From Mobula birostris (Eukaryota): 32,428 nucleotides of DNA. The translations under genes and the position numbers were made by a program. The notes below the pieces were generated by a model. That model saw nothing but the letters and a program-made list of their open reading frames with translations. It ran no database searches and was not told the DNA's origin. The stretch is from positions 74,004,290-74,036,717 of the forward strand of contig NC_092402.1 in NCBI RefSeq assembly GCF_030028105.1. Reading direction: 5' to 3'. Shown here piece after piece: positions 1 through 12,800 of this stretch. Numbering within the stretch: the stretch's first letter is position 1; each line of letters starts with the position of its first letter.

Positions 1-170
1 CTGCCAGTGCCTCAACTCCCCTATGGTCGCTCTGTTACTGCAGCTGCCCTGCCAGATTCAAATGAGGCCTGTAGCTTGTTTGCAGCCATATAACCAAGTG
101 ACTTGCATATTCAAAGTTCAAAAGTTCAAAGTAAATTTATTATCAAAGTATATACATGTCGCTATATACA

Positions 171-1770
171 TCATCATCATCACCATCATCAGGTGCCGTG
201 CCCAGTTTGAGCTTTGACTGCCATGGCCCACACACTCCTGTTTCGGGTCAAGTGGATCAATTCATTGGCATTCATTTCCAGTTCTCTGGCTGGGGTCTTC
301 ATCATCATTTGTCTTTGTCTTCTTCTTGCTTTCTTCTCTTCAATCTTTCCCATAATTACTGTGCATTCTAACTCCTTTTTCCTAATCACATGTCCAATGA
401 AGTTACGTTGCCTTTTCATGTTCTCATACATTATTTCTCTATTTGTGTTTGCTCTGTTCATGACATCCTCGTTAGATATTTGTTTCATCCATGATATTCT
501 TTCCATCCTCCACAAAAACCACATCTCTGCTGCTTCAATTCGTTTCCTCATGTTACTAGATATTGTCCAACATTCTGAGCCATATAACATAACTGGATAA
601 ATGTAACATTTCAGTACTCTGAGGCGGGTTGTCATGCCTAGTTTAGTATTGGTCAGTATACTCTTCATTCTCGTAAAGGTGTCTTTTGCCATCCCTATTC
701 TTCTTTTGATGTCCAAGTCGCACCTGCCATCTGATGTCACCCAGCTTCCTAAGTAGCAAAAGTTCTGTACTTGTTTTATGTCTTCCCCATTTATTCTCAG
801 CCTGCAGATAGGATTCTCCTTCCTTTTGGATATCACCATACATTCTGTCTTTTTGCAATTGATAGATAGACCCATTTTTGCACTTTCTTCAACAATTATA
901 TCAATTAAGTTTTGTAGTTCTTCCTCCATACTTGCAATTAACACAGTGTCATCTGCATATCTGAAATTATTGATGTTTTCACTGCCAACTTTGATTCCCA
1001 AGATGTCTCTTATTTTTTGTAATATTGTTTCACTGTACACATGAAATAAATCAGGGGAGAAAACACACCCTTGTCTAACTCCCCTCTTGATTTTCATAAA
1101 CTGACTCACCTCTCCATCTATTCTTACAGCGGCAGTTTGTTCCCAGTACAGATTTCTGATCAGGCAGAGGTCTTTCGAATCTAGATCTAGAATTTTCTGT
1201 AATATTTCTAATAACTTATTGTGCTTCACTTTATCAAATGCTTTTGTGGAGTTGATAAAACAAACAAACAAATCTTTTTGCACTTGAATAGCTCGTTCTG
1301 ATCGTATCCTTAACATCAATATTGCGTTTCTTGTACCTTTGTCTTTCACAAAACCACATTGTTCTTTACCTATTTCAGCGTGTATCTTACCTTTAGCTCT
1401 TGTCATCAAAATTCTTAGAAGTATCTTGGTGATATGACTCATTAAACTTATGGTCCTAAGTAATTCACATTCTATTGCTCCAGGTTTCTTAGGAAGAGTG
1501 ATAAATACTGATTTTTTTCATCTCTTCTGGTATTATTCCAGTCTCATAAATGTCATTGATTAAATCAGTAAGTTTTTCAATTCCATAATCTTTAAGAGTG
1601 ATAATTTGTTCTATTACTAATTCATCAGGACTTGCTGCCTTTCCTTTCTTCATCTTATTTATTGTATTACGAACTTCAGATTTTAAAATACTTGGACCTT
1701 CAACATTTTTCATAATTTCTGGTTTTTCACCTCGATTGTCTTCAAACAATTCCTGAATATACTCAGTCCA
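171..1770 (-). mobile_element. 5'-truncated RTE-clade LINE
   Basis: RT motifs GVRQGCVFSPDLF and YADD; RTE-type WTEYIQELF at the truncation point; (TGA)n tail. A 12-bp TSD with one mismatch flanks it: TCGCTATATACA 159-170 / TCACTATATACA 1771-1782. Confidence 0.9.
189..1770 (-). pseudogene. RTE reverse transcriptase, N-terminally truncated, one frameshift
   Basis: ORFs 1489-1749 and 189-1442 join through a frameshift in the T-run at about 1512-1519 (..EEMKK/KSVFITLPKKPGAIECELLRTISLMSH..). Confidence 0.85.
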
Positions 1771-2325
1771 TCACTATATACAACACTGCCAGTAAACTCA
1801 ATAAACCGTAATAGAATCAATGAAAGACTGCACCAACAGGGTGGACAGCCAGTGTGCAGAGCAAAATACAACAAACTGTGCAAATACAAACAGAAAAGTA
1901 ATAATAACAATGAATAATTCAGCCATAAAAATATCAAGAACATGAGATGATGAGCCCTTGAAAGTGAGTCCATAGGTTGTGGGAACAGTTCAGTGATGGG
2001 GCAAGTGATGTTGAGTGAAGTTATCCCCTTTAGTTCAAGAGCTTGATGGTTGAGGGGTAATAATTGTCCCTGAACTTGCTGTGTGGGTCCTGCATCTCCT
2101 GTACCACCTTCTTGATGGTTGCAGTGAGAAGAGAGCATGGCCTGGGTGGTGGAGTCCCTGATGACAGATGCGGCTTTCCTGTGACAACATTTCATGTGGA
2201 TGCGCTCAGTGGTGGTGAGGGCTTTACCCATAATGGACTGAGCTGTATCCATTACTTTTTGTAGGATTTTCCATTCAAGGGCGTTGGAGTTTCAGTCAGT
2301 GTTTGCACATTGTCCCTCTGATCGC

Positions 2326-2405
2326 AAGGGTTTCTCCCTGGTGCTCTGCTTGACTCCCATATCCTAAAGATGTGAAGATTGGTAGGTTAACTGGCCACTG
2401 TAAAT
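2326..2405 (+). mobile_element. V-SINE/HE1-like central fragment
   Basis: GGGTTTCTCCCTGGTGCTCTG..TCCCA..CCTAAAGATGTG..GGTAGGTTAACTGGCCACTGTAAAT resembles the V-domain consensus. Confidence 0.55.
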
Positions 2406-2464
2406 CAGTGGTAGAATAGGTATAGAGTTGATGGAAATGTGGACAGAATTAAAATTCAGATTAA

Positions 2465-2855
2465 TGTCATTCATTCGTTATGTGCTATGTTGTATGACAT
2501 GGGCGATTGTGGTCTTTCCATGTTCATGATTGTTCTTGGCAAGTTTTTCTACAGAAGTGGTTTACCATTGCTTTCTTCTAGACAGTGTCTTTAAAGGCGG
2601 GTGACCCCAGCCATTATCAATGCTCTTCAGAGATTGTCTGCCTGGTGTCAGTGGTCGCATAACTAGGACTTGTAATATGTAGCAGCTGCTCGTACGACCA
2701 GCCATCACCTGCTCCCATGGCTTCATGTGACCCTGTTTCCAGAGGGTTGGGGGAAATTTTGCTAAGCAGCTGCTACGCCTTGCCCAAGGGTGACCTGCAG
2801 GCCAGCAGAGGGAAAGAGCACCTTACACCTCCTTTGGTAGAGAAGTATCTCTACA
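2465..2855 (-). mobile_element. RTE-partner SINE/non-autonomous element, uninterrupted copy
   Basis: The reverse complement is colinear with 27760-27918 + 31837-32058. It has a BovA/Sauria-SINE-like GAAAGCAATGGTAAACCACTTC..TTGCCAAGAA motif and a (GAAT)n tail. Confidence 0.7.
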
Positions 2856-2879
2856 GATTGATGTAGGATTATCAGAGAT

Positions 2880-3255
2880 GAGCTTTGGGCCGATAGCGCC
2901 TGTCAGCTGATCCGGGAGAAGGAAAACTCTGATCTCAAACCTCCACTGCCTTGCAGCTATACCCACTCGTGGGAAAGGCTTCAGGAGTAAATCCTGAGGG
3001 AAAAATCCAGAGCTGGAGGTCCTAAGACAGTCCTACATTGAGTTCAACGCTGACTGGCAACCTCTGCAATGCTGCTGGTGCCAAACTGTGTCAGTCTCTG
3101 CTGTTCCTTTGGATTCATCGGATGCATGGAGAGGGGGAGCCTGCTACATGAGCAACAGCGTGCTCTCCATATTGTGCTGTCCTGGCTCACATATCACATA
3201 GACAGCTAGAACACAACATCCACGATCAACCCTGACTGACGGGGGCCTCAAAATA
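2880..3255 (+). mobile_element. Probable RTE-derived non-autonomous retroposon
   Basis: Contains GGAGAAGGAAAACTCTGATCTCAAACC, resembling RTE 5'UTR-derived sequence. Recognised by motif only. Confidence 0.4.
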
Positions 3256-4954
3256 AATGAGTAGAATCAGTGTTGACTTGGAGAGGGGGTGCTAAAAGGC
3301 TGTTTCAGTCCTGTATCTCTCTGTGGCTTTATGAGCAAGGCACACAGTGATGACTAAATAACTTAGTGATGCTTGCAGATGGTTACTAAACTGAAGATGA
3401 CAGCAGGTTTGTTCAGACCCCAGACCTTCAACTTAGAACCTAACACTAAAGAGGAAAATCTATTATAAGGAAATCTATAATTTATAAGGAAATCTATAAA
3501 TCTAAGGAAAATCTATCAGAATTCTCGAGAAGAGGAAAAATAAGAAGCAGCAGTAGTGAGCTTTATATTGTTAATGCAGCAAAGTGCTTTTACCATATAA
3601 CGAGCAGAAACAGTCAAATAAAACATATTGGAGTCAATTTTATAATGGTCTGTAAATAGTATTATGAATCTATTGGAAATCATTTTCCCAAAGCATAAAT
3701 GCCCAGAGATGGAACTAAATTTATAAAATCCATTTTAATGAAACCTTTAATTTACTAATGCAAGGGATATGTTATGGTTCGCCACACACATAGCACCTAC
3801 ATTTGCAATCACTAACACACATGCCTCATGCACATAAGCGATATTGAGTTAAATTTAGTTCTGCTGCCCTGTGCTTTATTGATGTAATAAAAGCAGATGG
3901 ACTGTTAATGAGTGCAAATACGTCACAGGTTTGAACCTGATTATTGATGAAAGCCCTAGGGTTCCTCAGAGAACATCACTAGCTTCTCTCATTGATCACT
4001 GCTTCTGCTGAGAATCTTGCGTGTTTGTTTTAATTTAGCTAAGGATTTATGCGACAATGAAAAGACAGCATTTAGTGCCCATACTCAAGGTACTGAATAG
4101 AAATCTTGTCCTGCTTCCTTCACTGACTGGTGCTTGGAGGTGAACTGAACATTTCAAAGCATGCATTGATGGATAAATTGAATGATGATTATTTTGGGGG
4201 GTAAGATTTTTAAAGGATAGCGAACTAAAATAGGGTTTAGAGTACAAACTGTCCAGAATCTGTCAGAATGGTGGAACAATCTGAAGGGAGCAGATGTCTC
4301 GTAGTAGTTAGCTACATAAAGATCGAAGAAAATAGGAGCAGCCATTTTCTATCTAGTCCCTAAAGTCTGTGGCATCATTCAATATGGTCATGGCTAATGT
4401 CATCTCATCTTCCATGTCATTTGCCATAGTCCTCAATTTACAAAGTTAAGAATTCCTTACATGAGTACACATATAAACTAGACTTGCTTCTTTTCCTAAA
4501 GGATTTCAGGTTTATCACCATAATCTGACAATTCCAGACACTGACTTTTATTTTCACATTTTATTTAAGTTGAATTTAAATTCCCAAGCAGTCCTGGCAG
4601 AGTTTGAACTCCTATCTCCCGATCTTTAGTCTGGTAAGACTCAGTGAACCTGACAGTATTTACATGGCTATTATACCTGCGTTAAAATAGCAAAGGAAAC
4701 ATCAAAGAGTCCATCCAAATTTAGGAATAATAGAGAGCGTCACACCCGTGAGGCTCCAAAAACAATATAGTTAACCTAACCTTATGGAAATATGCTGCCA
4801 GTACAACACAAAGGATCTAATGAAAATAGGCATGAATACTTAATCAGGACAAAAAAAGGAAGCAACTAACAAAAACTGATGATTGTTAGTCCTTAGGCAT
4901 ATGAACAATTGATAATCTGGTCATTTCTGGTGCCAAGTTACTTACAAATCCATT

Positions 4955-5125
4955 TATAGAGAAGATTTGTACGTATTATGAAATCAGGATGCCATAAAGC
5001 ATTCGGCATTCAATTAAATACTATTTGAAGTGTAATCACTGCAACACCGAGCAACATTAGAAGCACAGCCACCAAGATGCATGCTGAGACATGATTAATA
5101 GAGCAATGTGATAATGACCAAATAA
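4955..5125 (-). mobile_element. Deu-domain SINE (SacSINE1/AmnSINE-like) 3' fragment
   Basis: The reverse complement reads TGGTCATTATCACATTGCT..CAGTGATTACACTTCAAATAGTATTTAATTG..GCTTTATGGCATCCTGA, resembling the DeuSINE 3' part. Confidence 0.55.
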
Positions 5126-5389
5126 CCCAGAAGGTGCATCAAACCTTCTGCATGTTCTTGGCACAGTAGCGGAATGTCAGGCATTGGTACAATACGTGCA
5201 GTGATGTCCTTATGAGAATGCACATAATTTTCTGATTTAAATTCCAGACCAACATTGAGTCACAGTCCTAGTTAACATGCCTGTGCTTGCAAAATATATC
5301 TGCAGGACACTAAACAACAAAGAACAGCTTTAACTACAAATTTGTACTGCTTCAGAACACAATGTTCCCTCACAGAAGTGATACTCTGA

Positions 5390-5830
5390 GAATGAATATC
5401 GGATCTCATTGAAACATACCAAATTGCCAGGATAAATGAGTCAATGTTTTTCCTGGTGGGGGTGTCTTGAGCCAGAGGTCATGGAATCAAAATCAGGGCA
5501 GAGGTTAGAAGAAATTTACTCACTTGGAGAACAGTGAAACTTTAGATTTCAAAACAACAGACAATTTGCTGGAGGAACTCAGCAGATTGAGGAGCATCCG
5601 TGGAGGGAAAGGAACTTAGGGTTGAAGCTAACTCTGCATTGGTCCAATGCAAGGTTTGGACTCAAACCGTCAACATTTCTTTCCTCTCACGGATGCTGCT
5701 CAACCCACTGAGTTGCTTCAACAGATTGTTTGTTGTTCCCAGTTCTGGCATCTGCAACCTCTTGTGTCTCATTCAGAATTCCAAACTATAACAGGTTTGA
5801 GTAAATTCAAGAGAGGTTGGATAGGTTTAT
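5390..5830 (+). mobile_element. Old CR1 3' remnant split by a mini Penelope-type element
   Basis: Degenerate GATCTCATTGAAACATAC..AGAGGTCAT..AGAAATTTACTCACT..TTCAAGAGAGGTTGGATAGGTTT. Confidence 0.5.
5556..5771 (+). mobile_element. Miniature fold-back Penelope-derived element
   Basis: Inverted arms GCTGGAGGAACTCAGC..GCATCCGTG / CACGGATGCTGC..TGAGTTGCTTCAAC, homologous to the ends of the PLE at 7994-13508. Degenerate flanking duplication 5541-5555 / 5772-5786 (12 of 15 match). Confidence 0.65.
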
Positions 5831-5945
5831 ACCAAATTTCATATTCCGTCTGTGCTGCTGTTTCACCATTAATGCGACTAACATCCATAGAATAATTAGC
5901 AGGAAATTTTCACCTACAAGAGCAAAGGAGACTGCTGGGCAGAAG

Positions 5946-6205
5946 TCATGGTCATAGTCATACTTTATTGATCCTGGGGGAAATTGGTTTTCGTTACAGT
6001 TGCACCATAAATAATAAATAGTAGTAGAACCATAAATAGTTAAATAGTAATATGTAAATTATGCCAGTAAATTATGAAATAAGTCCAGGACCCGCCTATT
6101 GGCTCAGGGTGTCTGACCCTCCAAGGGAGGAGTTGTAAAGTTTGATGGCCACAGGCAGGAATGACTTCCTATGACGCTCTGTGCTGCATCTCGGTGGAAT
6201 GAGTC
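5946..6205 (-). mobile_element. Rex1-like LINE 3' end
   Basis: The minus strand reads LIPPRCSTERHRKSFLPVAIKLYNSS, followed by a (TATGAC)n-type tail. The same tail occurs at 21517-21563. Confidence 0.7.
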
Positions 6206-6504
6206 AAGAAGAACAAGTAACTACTTCTGAGGCAACAGCAGCATGTCATACACAACATGGGGCTGTCAAAACCATCAGAGATCTCGAATGTCTGCGGCAA
6301 TCACAGGCCTTGACAGATCTTTAATAACAATTAACAAATACTTGTGTTGTTGAAGAATGATTTCAAAAATATTTACCTACCAGACATGGCTCCTTGCGCA
6401 CAGAAGCTTGCTCTTGATCAGAGCGGTCCAGCACACTGCTAAGGCCTTCCTGCCAAAAGTACAAGCCTCACCTCTGGATTGATTTGACAGCCCATGCCAC
6501 AGAC

Positions 6505-6785
6505 ATAAAAATAGCTATAAATTACAATGAAAAATAAATCAATAAATAGTGCAAAAGAGGAATAGTGAGGTAGTTTTCATCGGTTTTTGGACCATTCAGA
6601 AATCCAATGGCTGGGGGAAACAGCTGCTCCTAAATCATTGAGTGTGCGTCTTCAAAGTTCAAAACTTCAATGTAAATTTATTATCAAAGTACATATATGT
6701 CACCACATACTACTGTGAGATTTATTTTTAGGCTCCTGTACCTCCTCTCTGATAGTAGTAATGAAAGAAGGGCATGTGATGGTGA
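6505..6785 (-). mobile_element. Rex-type LINE 3' end with a second Rex 3' tail nested at about 6653-6730
   Basis: HALLSLLLSERRYRSLK in the 6684-6923 ORF. The host sequence GTCTTC|AGGCTCCTGTACC is interrupted by a copy of the 108-170 tail. Confidence 0.6.
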
Positions 6786-6844
6786 GGTTCCTTTAAAAAA
6801 GGTTCCTTTTGAAGATACCCTTAATGGTGGGGATGCTTGTGGCT

Positions 6845-6990
6845 GTGAAGTTAACCTTTTGGGAATCTGCATGAGGATTCCGAAGTCTCCTTTGTACCTC
6901 TGATTTCTGAATTCTCTCCTCACTTAGAAAATAGCCTGCACCTTTACTCCTTCTACCAAAGAGCATAAACGTACACTTCTCTACACTGTC
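6845..6990 (-). mobile_element. CR1 RT C-terminal remnant
   Basis: VEKCTFMLFGRRSKGAGYFLSEERIQKSEVQR is homologous to VDKCEVIHFGGKNRKTGYYLNGGRLGKGEVQR of the intact ORF2 in this window. Confidence 0.7.
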
Positions 6991-8086
6991 ACACAATGTA
7001 GTATAATTTTCATTTTGCACTTTGAAATGATCATGTTTTCTTTGTTAAACCTTTTCAACATTAGTGCATGTTTTGTCGTGTTTTGTGCATATTTTAACTT
7101 TATATCTCAAATATATCCTTCATTTCCATCTCAAGAATGACTGAATTGGTATCTGGAAATTCATTCATCTGTTTGTGTGAGTATTGTATTTCTTCACTGA
7201 TCTCTTTAATATATGAAGCTAAATGGATAATCAGTGTCTGTTATTCATTGTCACATTAAGATTGGTTGATTTGATTAATTCACTCTTCTTTAGACTTTAA
7301 TATATTTAAGCGAAAGCTTAATCTGGATGTAGTGGTGGATGTGCTCTTAATAAACAAGTTAAGCAGCTCTTAGATAGATCTGTAGCTAAGGCATCAGCCT
7401 GCTAACTGCAGTGGAACCATTCTCCGTAGACAAGACCATGATCAGTTATAAGTATCACTGGCATAGCAAGAAGGAAATCTTTACTTGAGAATCTAAATCC
7501 TGATTATCAGATTGGCTTTATTGATTTTCTAAACTGAGAAAAAGGTTTGATTCTAAATTAGTAGCATTAGCTTCTATAATCATGTCTTGAATAAAATTTA
7601 ATCTCATGCAATATCCTTCCTTTCAGCAACTGAGCCCAACCAATTTCTAGATTTTCTTTGCGAAGGCAGGTGTTTAGTCCAAACCTTCACTAAGTGTTTG
7701 ACCACACTGATCGCTGCATTATCTAGATCCTGGGGCTATGGGATATTTTGAGAGTTCTTTGTCCACATAATACGTTTTTAATTCTAGTTTTGTAGAGGGT
7801 GCTGACATTTTTAGATATTGAGGAAGCCAATCCTCGATAGGGCAGAGATATATGTGAGGGACAGATTTGTGAAAATGCAAACTTCTGAAACTGACAAAGA
7901 TGTGCCTGCTTCTGGTCCAGCTGTGGCATATTTGGATAGAGCCAGGCATCCCATTTGGCCAAGAGTTGTCCATGGTACATTTGTTAATCACATAACCACA
8001 AAATAATCTGCAGATGCTGGGGTCAAAGCAACACTCACAACACACTGGAGGAACTCAGCAGGTCTGGCAGCATCCATGGAAACGAA

Positions 8087-8124
8087 CAGTCAACGTTTCG
8101 GGCCAGAACCCTTCGTCAGGACTG
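8087..8124 (-). ncRNA. Minimal type I hammerhead ribozyme motif
   Basis: Minus strand CAGTC-CTGACGA-AGGGTTCTGGCCC-GAAA-CGTT-GACTG: perfect stem I, both core boxes, GGG/CCC stem II and palindromic AACGTT stem III. Confidence 0.85.
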
Positions 8125-8388
8125 AAGAGGGAAGGGGCAGAGGCCCTATAAAGAAGGTGGGGGGAGGGTGGGAAGGAGAAGGCTGGTAGGTTCCAGGTGA
8201 AAAACCAGTACGGAGACAGATAAAGGGGTGGGGGAGGGGAGGCAGGGAGGGGATAGGCAGGAAAGGTGAAGAAGGAATAGGGGAAAACACAATGGGTAGT
8301 AGAAGGAGGCAGAACCATGAGGGAGGTGATAGGCAGCTGGGGGAGGGGGCAGAGTGAAACTGGGATGGGGGACAGGAGGGGGAGGGAA

Positions 8389-9617
8389 TTACCGGAAGTT
8401 GGAGAATTCAATGTTCATACCAAGGGGCTGGAGACTACCCAGATGGTATGTGAGGTTTTGCTCCTCCAACTTGAGCTTAGCTTCATCATGGCAGTAGAGG
8501 AGGCCATGTATGGACATATCTGAATGGGAGTGGGAAGCAGAGTTGAAGTGGGTGGCAACTGGGAGATCCTGTCTGTTGTGGCAGACGGAGCGGAGGTACT
8601 CGACGAAGCGGTCCCCCAATCTGCGTCGGGTTTTACCGATGTAGAGGAGGCCGCACTGGGAGCACCGGATGCAATAGGTGACCCCAACAGACTCAGAAGT
8701 GAAGTGTTGCCTCACCTGGAAGGACTGTTTGGGGCCCTGAATGGTGACAGGAGAGGAGGTGTAGGGACAGGTGTGGCACTTACGCTTACAGGGATAAATG
8801 CTGGGTGGGGATCCGTGTGGATCAGGGAGTCGCGGAGGGACCGATCCCTGGGGAAAGCAGAGAGGGGTGGAGAGGGAAAGATGTGCTTAGTGGTGGGGAC
8901 CTGTTGAAGGTGGCGGAAGTTGCGGAGGATAATGTGCTGGATCCGGAGGCTGGTGGGGTGGTAGGTGAGTACAAGGGGAACTCCGTCCCTGTTGTGGTGG
9001 TGGGAGGATGGGGTGAGGGCCGAAGTGCGGGAAATGGAGGAGATGCGGGTGAGGGCATCATTGATGACAGCAGAAGGGAAACCATGATCCTTAAAGATAG
9101 AGGACATTTGAGATGGCCTGGAAAGGAAAGCCTCATCCTGGGAGCAGATGCAGCGGAGACGGAGGAACTGGGAATAGGGAATGGCATTTTTGCATGTGGC
9201 GGGGTGGGAAGAGGTATAGTTGAGGTAGTTATGAGAGTCAATGGGCTTGTAGAAGATGTCAGTGGACAGTCTGTCTCCAGAGATGGAGACCGAGAAATCG
9301 AGAAAGGGGAGAGAAGTGTCTGAGATAGACCAAGTGAATTTGAGGGCTGGGTGGAAGTTAGAAGTAAAGTCGATGAAATTGATGAGCTCAGCATGGGTGC
9401 AGGAAGCAGCACCAATGTAGTCATCAATGTACTGAAGGAAAAGTTGGGGAGCAGTACCAGTATAGGTTTGCAGCATAGACTGTTCCACATAACCAACAAA
9501 GAGGCAGGCATAGCTGGGGCCCATGCGAGTGCCCATAGCTACACCCTTGGTCTGAAGAAAGTGGGAAGAGCCAAAAGAGAAGTTATTAAGTGTGAGTACC
9601 AGTTCCGCCAACCGGAC
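8389..9617 (-). pseudogene. PLE polyprotein remnant: RT C-terminal half, Cys linker, GIY-YIG endonuclease
   Basis: RT motifs GVAMGTRMGPSYACLFVG and QYIDD; thumb FYKPIDSHNYLNYTSSHP; after a frameshift, PCKRKCHTCP linker and VTYCIRCSQCGLLYIGKTRRRLGDRF GIY-YIG. Confidence 0.9.
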
Positions 9618-9884
9618 ACACAATACAGGATCTCCCGGTTGCCACCCACTTCAACTCTGCTTCACATTCCCATTTGGATATGTCCATACATGGCCTACTC
9701 TACTACCATGATGAGGCTAAACTCAGGATGGAGGAGCAACACCTCATATACCGTCGAGGTAGTCTCCAGCCCCTTGGTATGAACATAGAATTACATAGAA
9801 ACATAGAAAATAGGTGCAGGAGTAGGCCATTAGGCCCTTCGAGCCTGCACTGCCATTTATTATGATCATGGCTGATCATCCAAC

Positions 9885-12800
9885 TCAGAACACCGCCCCA
9901 GCCTTCCCTCCATACCCCCTGACCCCCGTAGCCACAAGGGCCATATCTAACTCCCTCTTAAATATAGCCAATGAACTGGCCTCAACTGTTTCCTGTGGCA
10001 GAGAATTCCACAGATTCACCACTCTCTGTGTGAAGAAGTTTTTCCTAATCTCAGTCCTAAAAGGCGTCCCCTCTATCCTCAAACTGTGACCCCTCGTTCT
10101 GGACTTCCCCAACATCGGGAACAATCTTCCTGCATCTAGCCTGTCCAATCCCTTTAGGATCTTATACGTTTCAATCAGATCCCCCCTCAATCTTCTAAAT
10201 TCCAACGAGTACAAGCCCAGTTCATCTATTCTTTCTTCATATGAAAGTCCTGCCATCCCAGGAATCAATCTGGTGAACCTTCTCTGTACTCCCTCTATGG
10301 CAAGGATGTCTTTCCTCAGATTAGGGGACCAAAACTGCACACAATACTCCAGATGTGGTCTCACCAAGGCCTTGTACAACTGCAGTAGTACCTCCCTGCT
10401 CCTGTACTCACATCCTCTCGCTATAAATGCCAGCATACCATTCGCCTTTTTCACCGCCTGCTGTACCTGCATGCCCACTTTCAATGACTGGTGTATAATG
10501 ACACCCAGGTCACGTTGCACCTCCCCTTTTCCTAATCGGCCACCATTCAGATAATAACCTGTTTTCCTATTTTTGCCACCAAAATGGATAACTTCACATT
10601 TATCCACATTAAATTGCATCTGCCATGAATTTGCCCACTCACCCAACCTATCCAAGTCACCCTGCATCCTCTTAGCATCCTCCTCACAGCTAACACTGCC
10701 ACCCAGCTTCGTGTCATCCGCAAACTTGGAGATGCTGCATTTAATTCCCTCATCCAAGTCATTAATATATATTGTAAACAACTGGGGTCCCAGCACTGAG
10801 CCTTGTGGTACCCCACTAGTCACCGCCTGCCATTCTGAAAAGGTCCCGTTTATTCCCACTCTTTGCTTCCTGTCTGCTAACCAACTCTCCACCCACACCA
10901 ATACCTTACCCCCAATACCGTGTGCTTTAAGTTTGCACACTAATCTCCTGTGTGGGACCTTGTCAAAAGCCTTCTGAAAATCCAAATATACCACATCCAC
11001 TGGTTCTCCCCTGTCCACTCTACTAGTTACATCCTCAAAAAATTCTATGAGATTCGTCAGACATGATTTTCCTTTCACAAATCCATGCTGACTTTGTCCG
11101 ATCATTTCACCACTTTCCAAATGTGCTGTTATCACATCCTTGTTAACTGACTCCAGCAGTTTCCCCACCACCGACGTTAGGCTAACCGGTCTATAATTCC
11201 CCGGTTTCTCTCTCCCTCCTTTTTTAAAAAGTGGAGTTACATTAGCCACCCTCCAATCCTCAGGAACTAGTCCAGAATCTAACGAGTTTTGAAAAATTAT
11301 CACTAATGCATCCACTATTTCTTGGGCTACTTCCTTAAGCACCCTGGGATGCAGACCATCTGGCCCTGGGGATTTATCTGCCTTCAATCCCTTCAATTTA
11401 CCTAACACCACTTCCCTACTAACATGTATTTCGCTCAGTTCCTCCATCTCACTGGACCCTCTGTCCCCTACTATTTCCGGAAGATTATTTATGTCCTCCT
11501 TAGTGAAGACAGAACCAAAGTAATTATTCAATTGGTCTGCCATGTCCTTGCTCCCCATAATCAACTCACCTGTTTCTGCCTGCAGGGGACCTACATTTGT
11601 CTTTACCAGTCTTTTCCTTTTTACATATCTATAAAAGCTTTTACAGTCCGTTTTTATGTTGCCTGCCAGTTTTCTCTCATAATCTTTTTTCCCCTTCCTA
11701 ATTAAGCCCTTTGTCCTCCTCTGCTGAACTCTGAATTTCTCCCAGTCCTCAGGTGAGTCACTTTCTCTGGCTAATTTGTATGCTTCTTCTTTGGAATTGA
11801 TACTATCCCTAATTTCTCTTGTCAGCCACGGGTGCACTACCTTCCTTGATTTATTCTTTTGCCAAACAGGGATGAACATTTGTTGCAGTTCATCCATGCA
11901 ACCTTTAAATGCTTGCCATTGCATATCCACCGTCAATCCTTTAAGTGTCATTTGCCAGTCTATCTTAGCTAATTCACGTCTCATACCTTCAAAGTTACCC
12001 CTCTTTAAGTTCAGAACCTTTGTTTCTGAATTAACTATGTCACTCTCCATCTTAATGAAGAATTCCACCATATTATGGTCACTCTTACCCAAGGGGCCTC
12101 TCATGACAAGATTGCTAATTAACCCTTCCTCATTGCTCAAAACCCAGTCCAGAATAGCCTGCTCTCTAGTCGGTTCCTCGACATGTTGGTTCAAAAAACC
12201 ATCCCACATACATTCCAAGAAATCCTCTTCCTCAGCACCTTTACCAATTTGGTTCAGCCAATCTACATGTAGATTGAAGTCACCCATTATAACTGCTGTT
12301 CCTTTATTGCACACATTTCTAATTTCCTGTTTAATACCATCTCCGACCTCACTACTACTGTTAGGTGGCCTGTACACAACTCCCACCAGCGTCTTCTGCC
12401 CCTTAGTGTTACGCAGCTCTACCCATATCGATTCCACATCTTCCCGGCTTATGTCCTTCCTTTCTATTGCGTTAATCTCTTCTTTAACCAGCAACGCCAC
12501 CCCACCTCCCCTTCCTTCATGTCTATCCCTCCTGAATATTGAATATCCCTGAACATTGAGCTCCCATCCTTGGTCACCCTGGAGCCATGTCTCTGTGATC
12601 CCAACTATATCATAATCATTAATAACAATCTGCACTTTCAATTCATCCACCTTATTACGAATGCTCCTTGCATTGACACACAAAGCCTTCAGGCGCTCTT
12701 TTACAACTCTCTTAGCCCTTATACAATTATGCTGAAAAGTGGCCCCTTTTAATGCTTGCCCTGGATTTGTCGGCCTGCCACTTTTACTTTTCTCCATAGT

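Larger units (their letters stand above)
108..2287 (-). mobile_element. Rex/Babar-type LINE 3' fragment (108-170 + 1783-2287), split by an RTE insertion
   Basis: The minus strand encodes the Rex-type C-terminus, partly frameshifted (DTAQSIMGKAL..RKAASVIRD, then HALFSLQPSRRWYR). The (TTTGAAC)-like tail is at 108-130, and the same tail recurs at 6653-6730. Confidence 0.7.

Noticed and set aside
3300-7980. Upstream GPCR exon (TM1) in the unique AT-rich stretch
   Set aside because: I found no splice-flanked YTxGY-type TM1 sequence by eye. It probably lies upstream of the window, though a spliced alignment is needed to exclude it.
10273-12752. Plus-strand ORFs up to 258 aa
   Set aside because: Antisense shadows of CR1 ORF2 with no recognisable motifs. 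The same applies to 214-600, 8805-9323 and 30038-30436.
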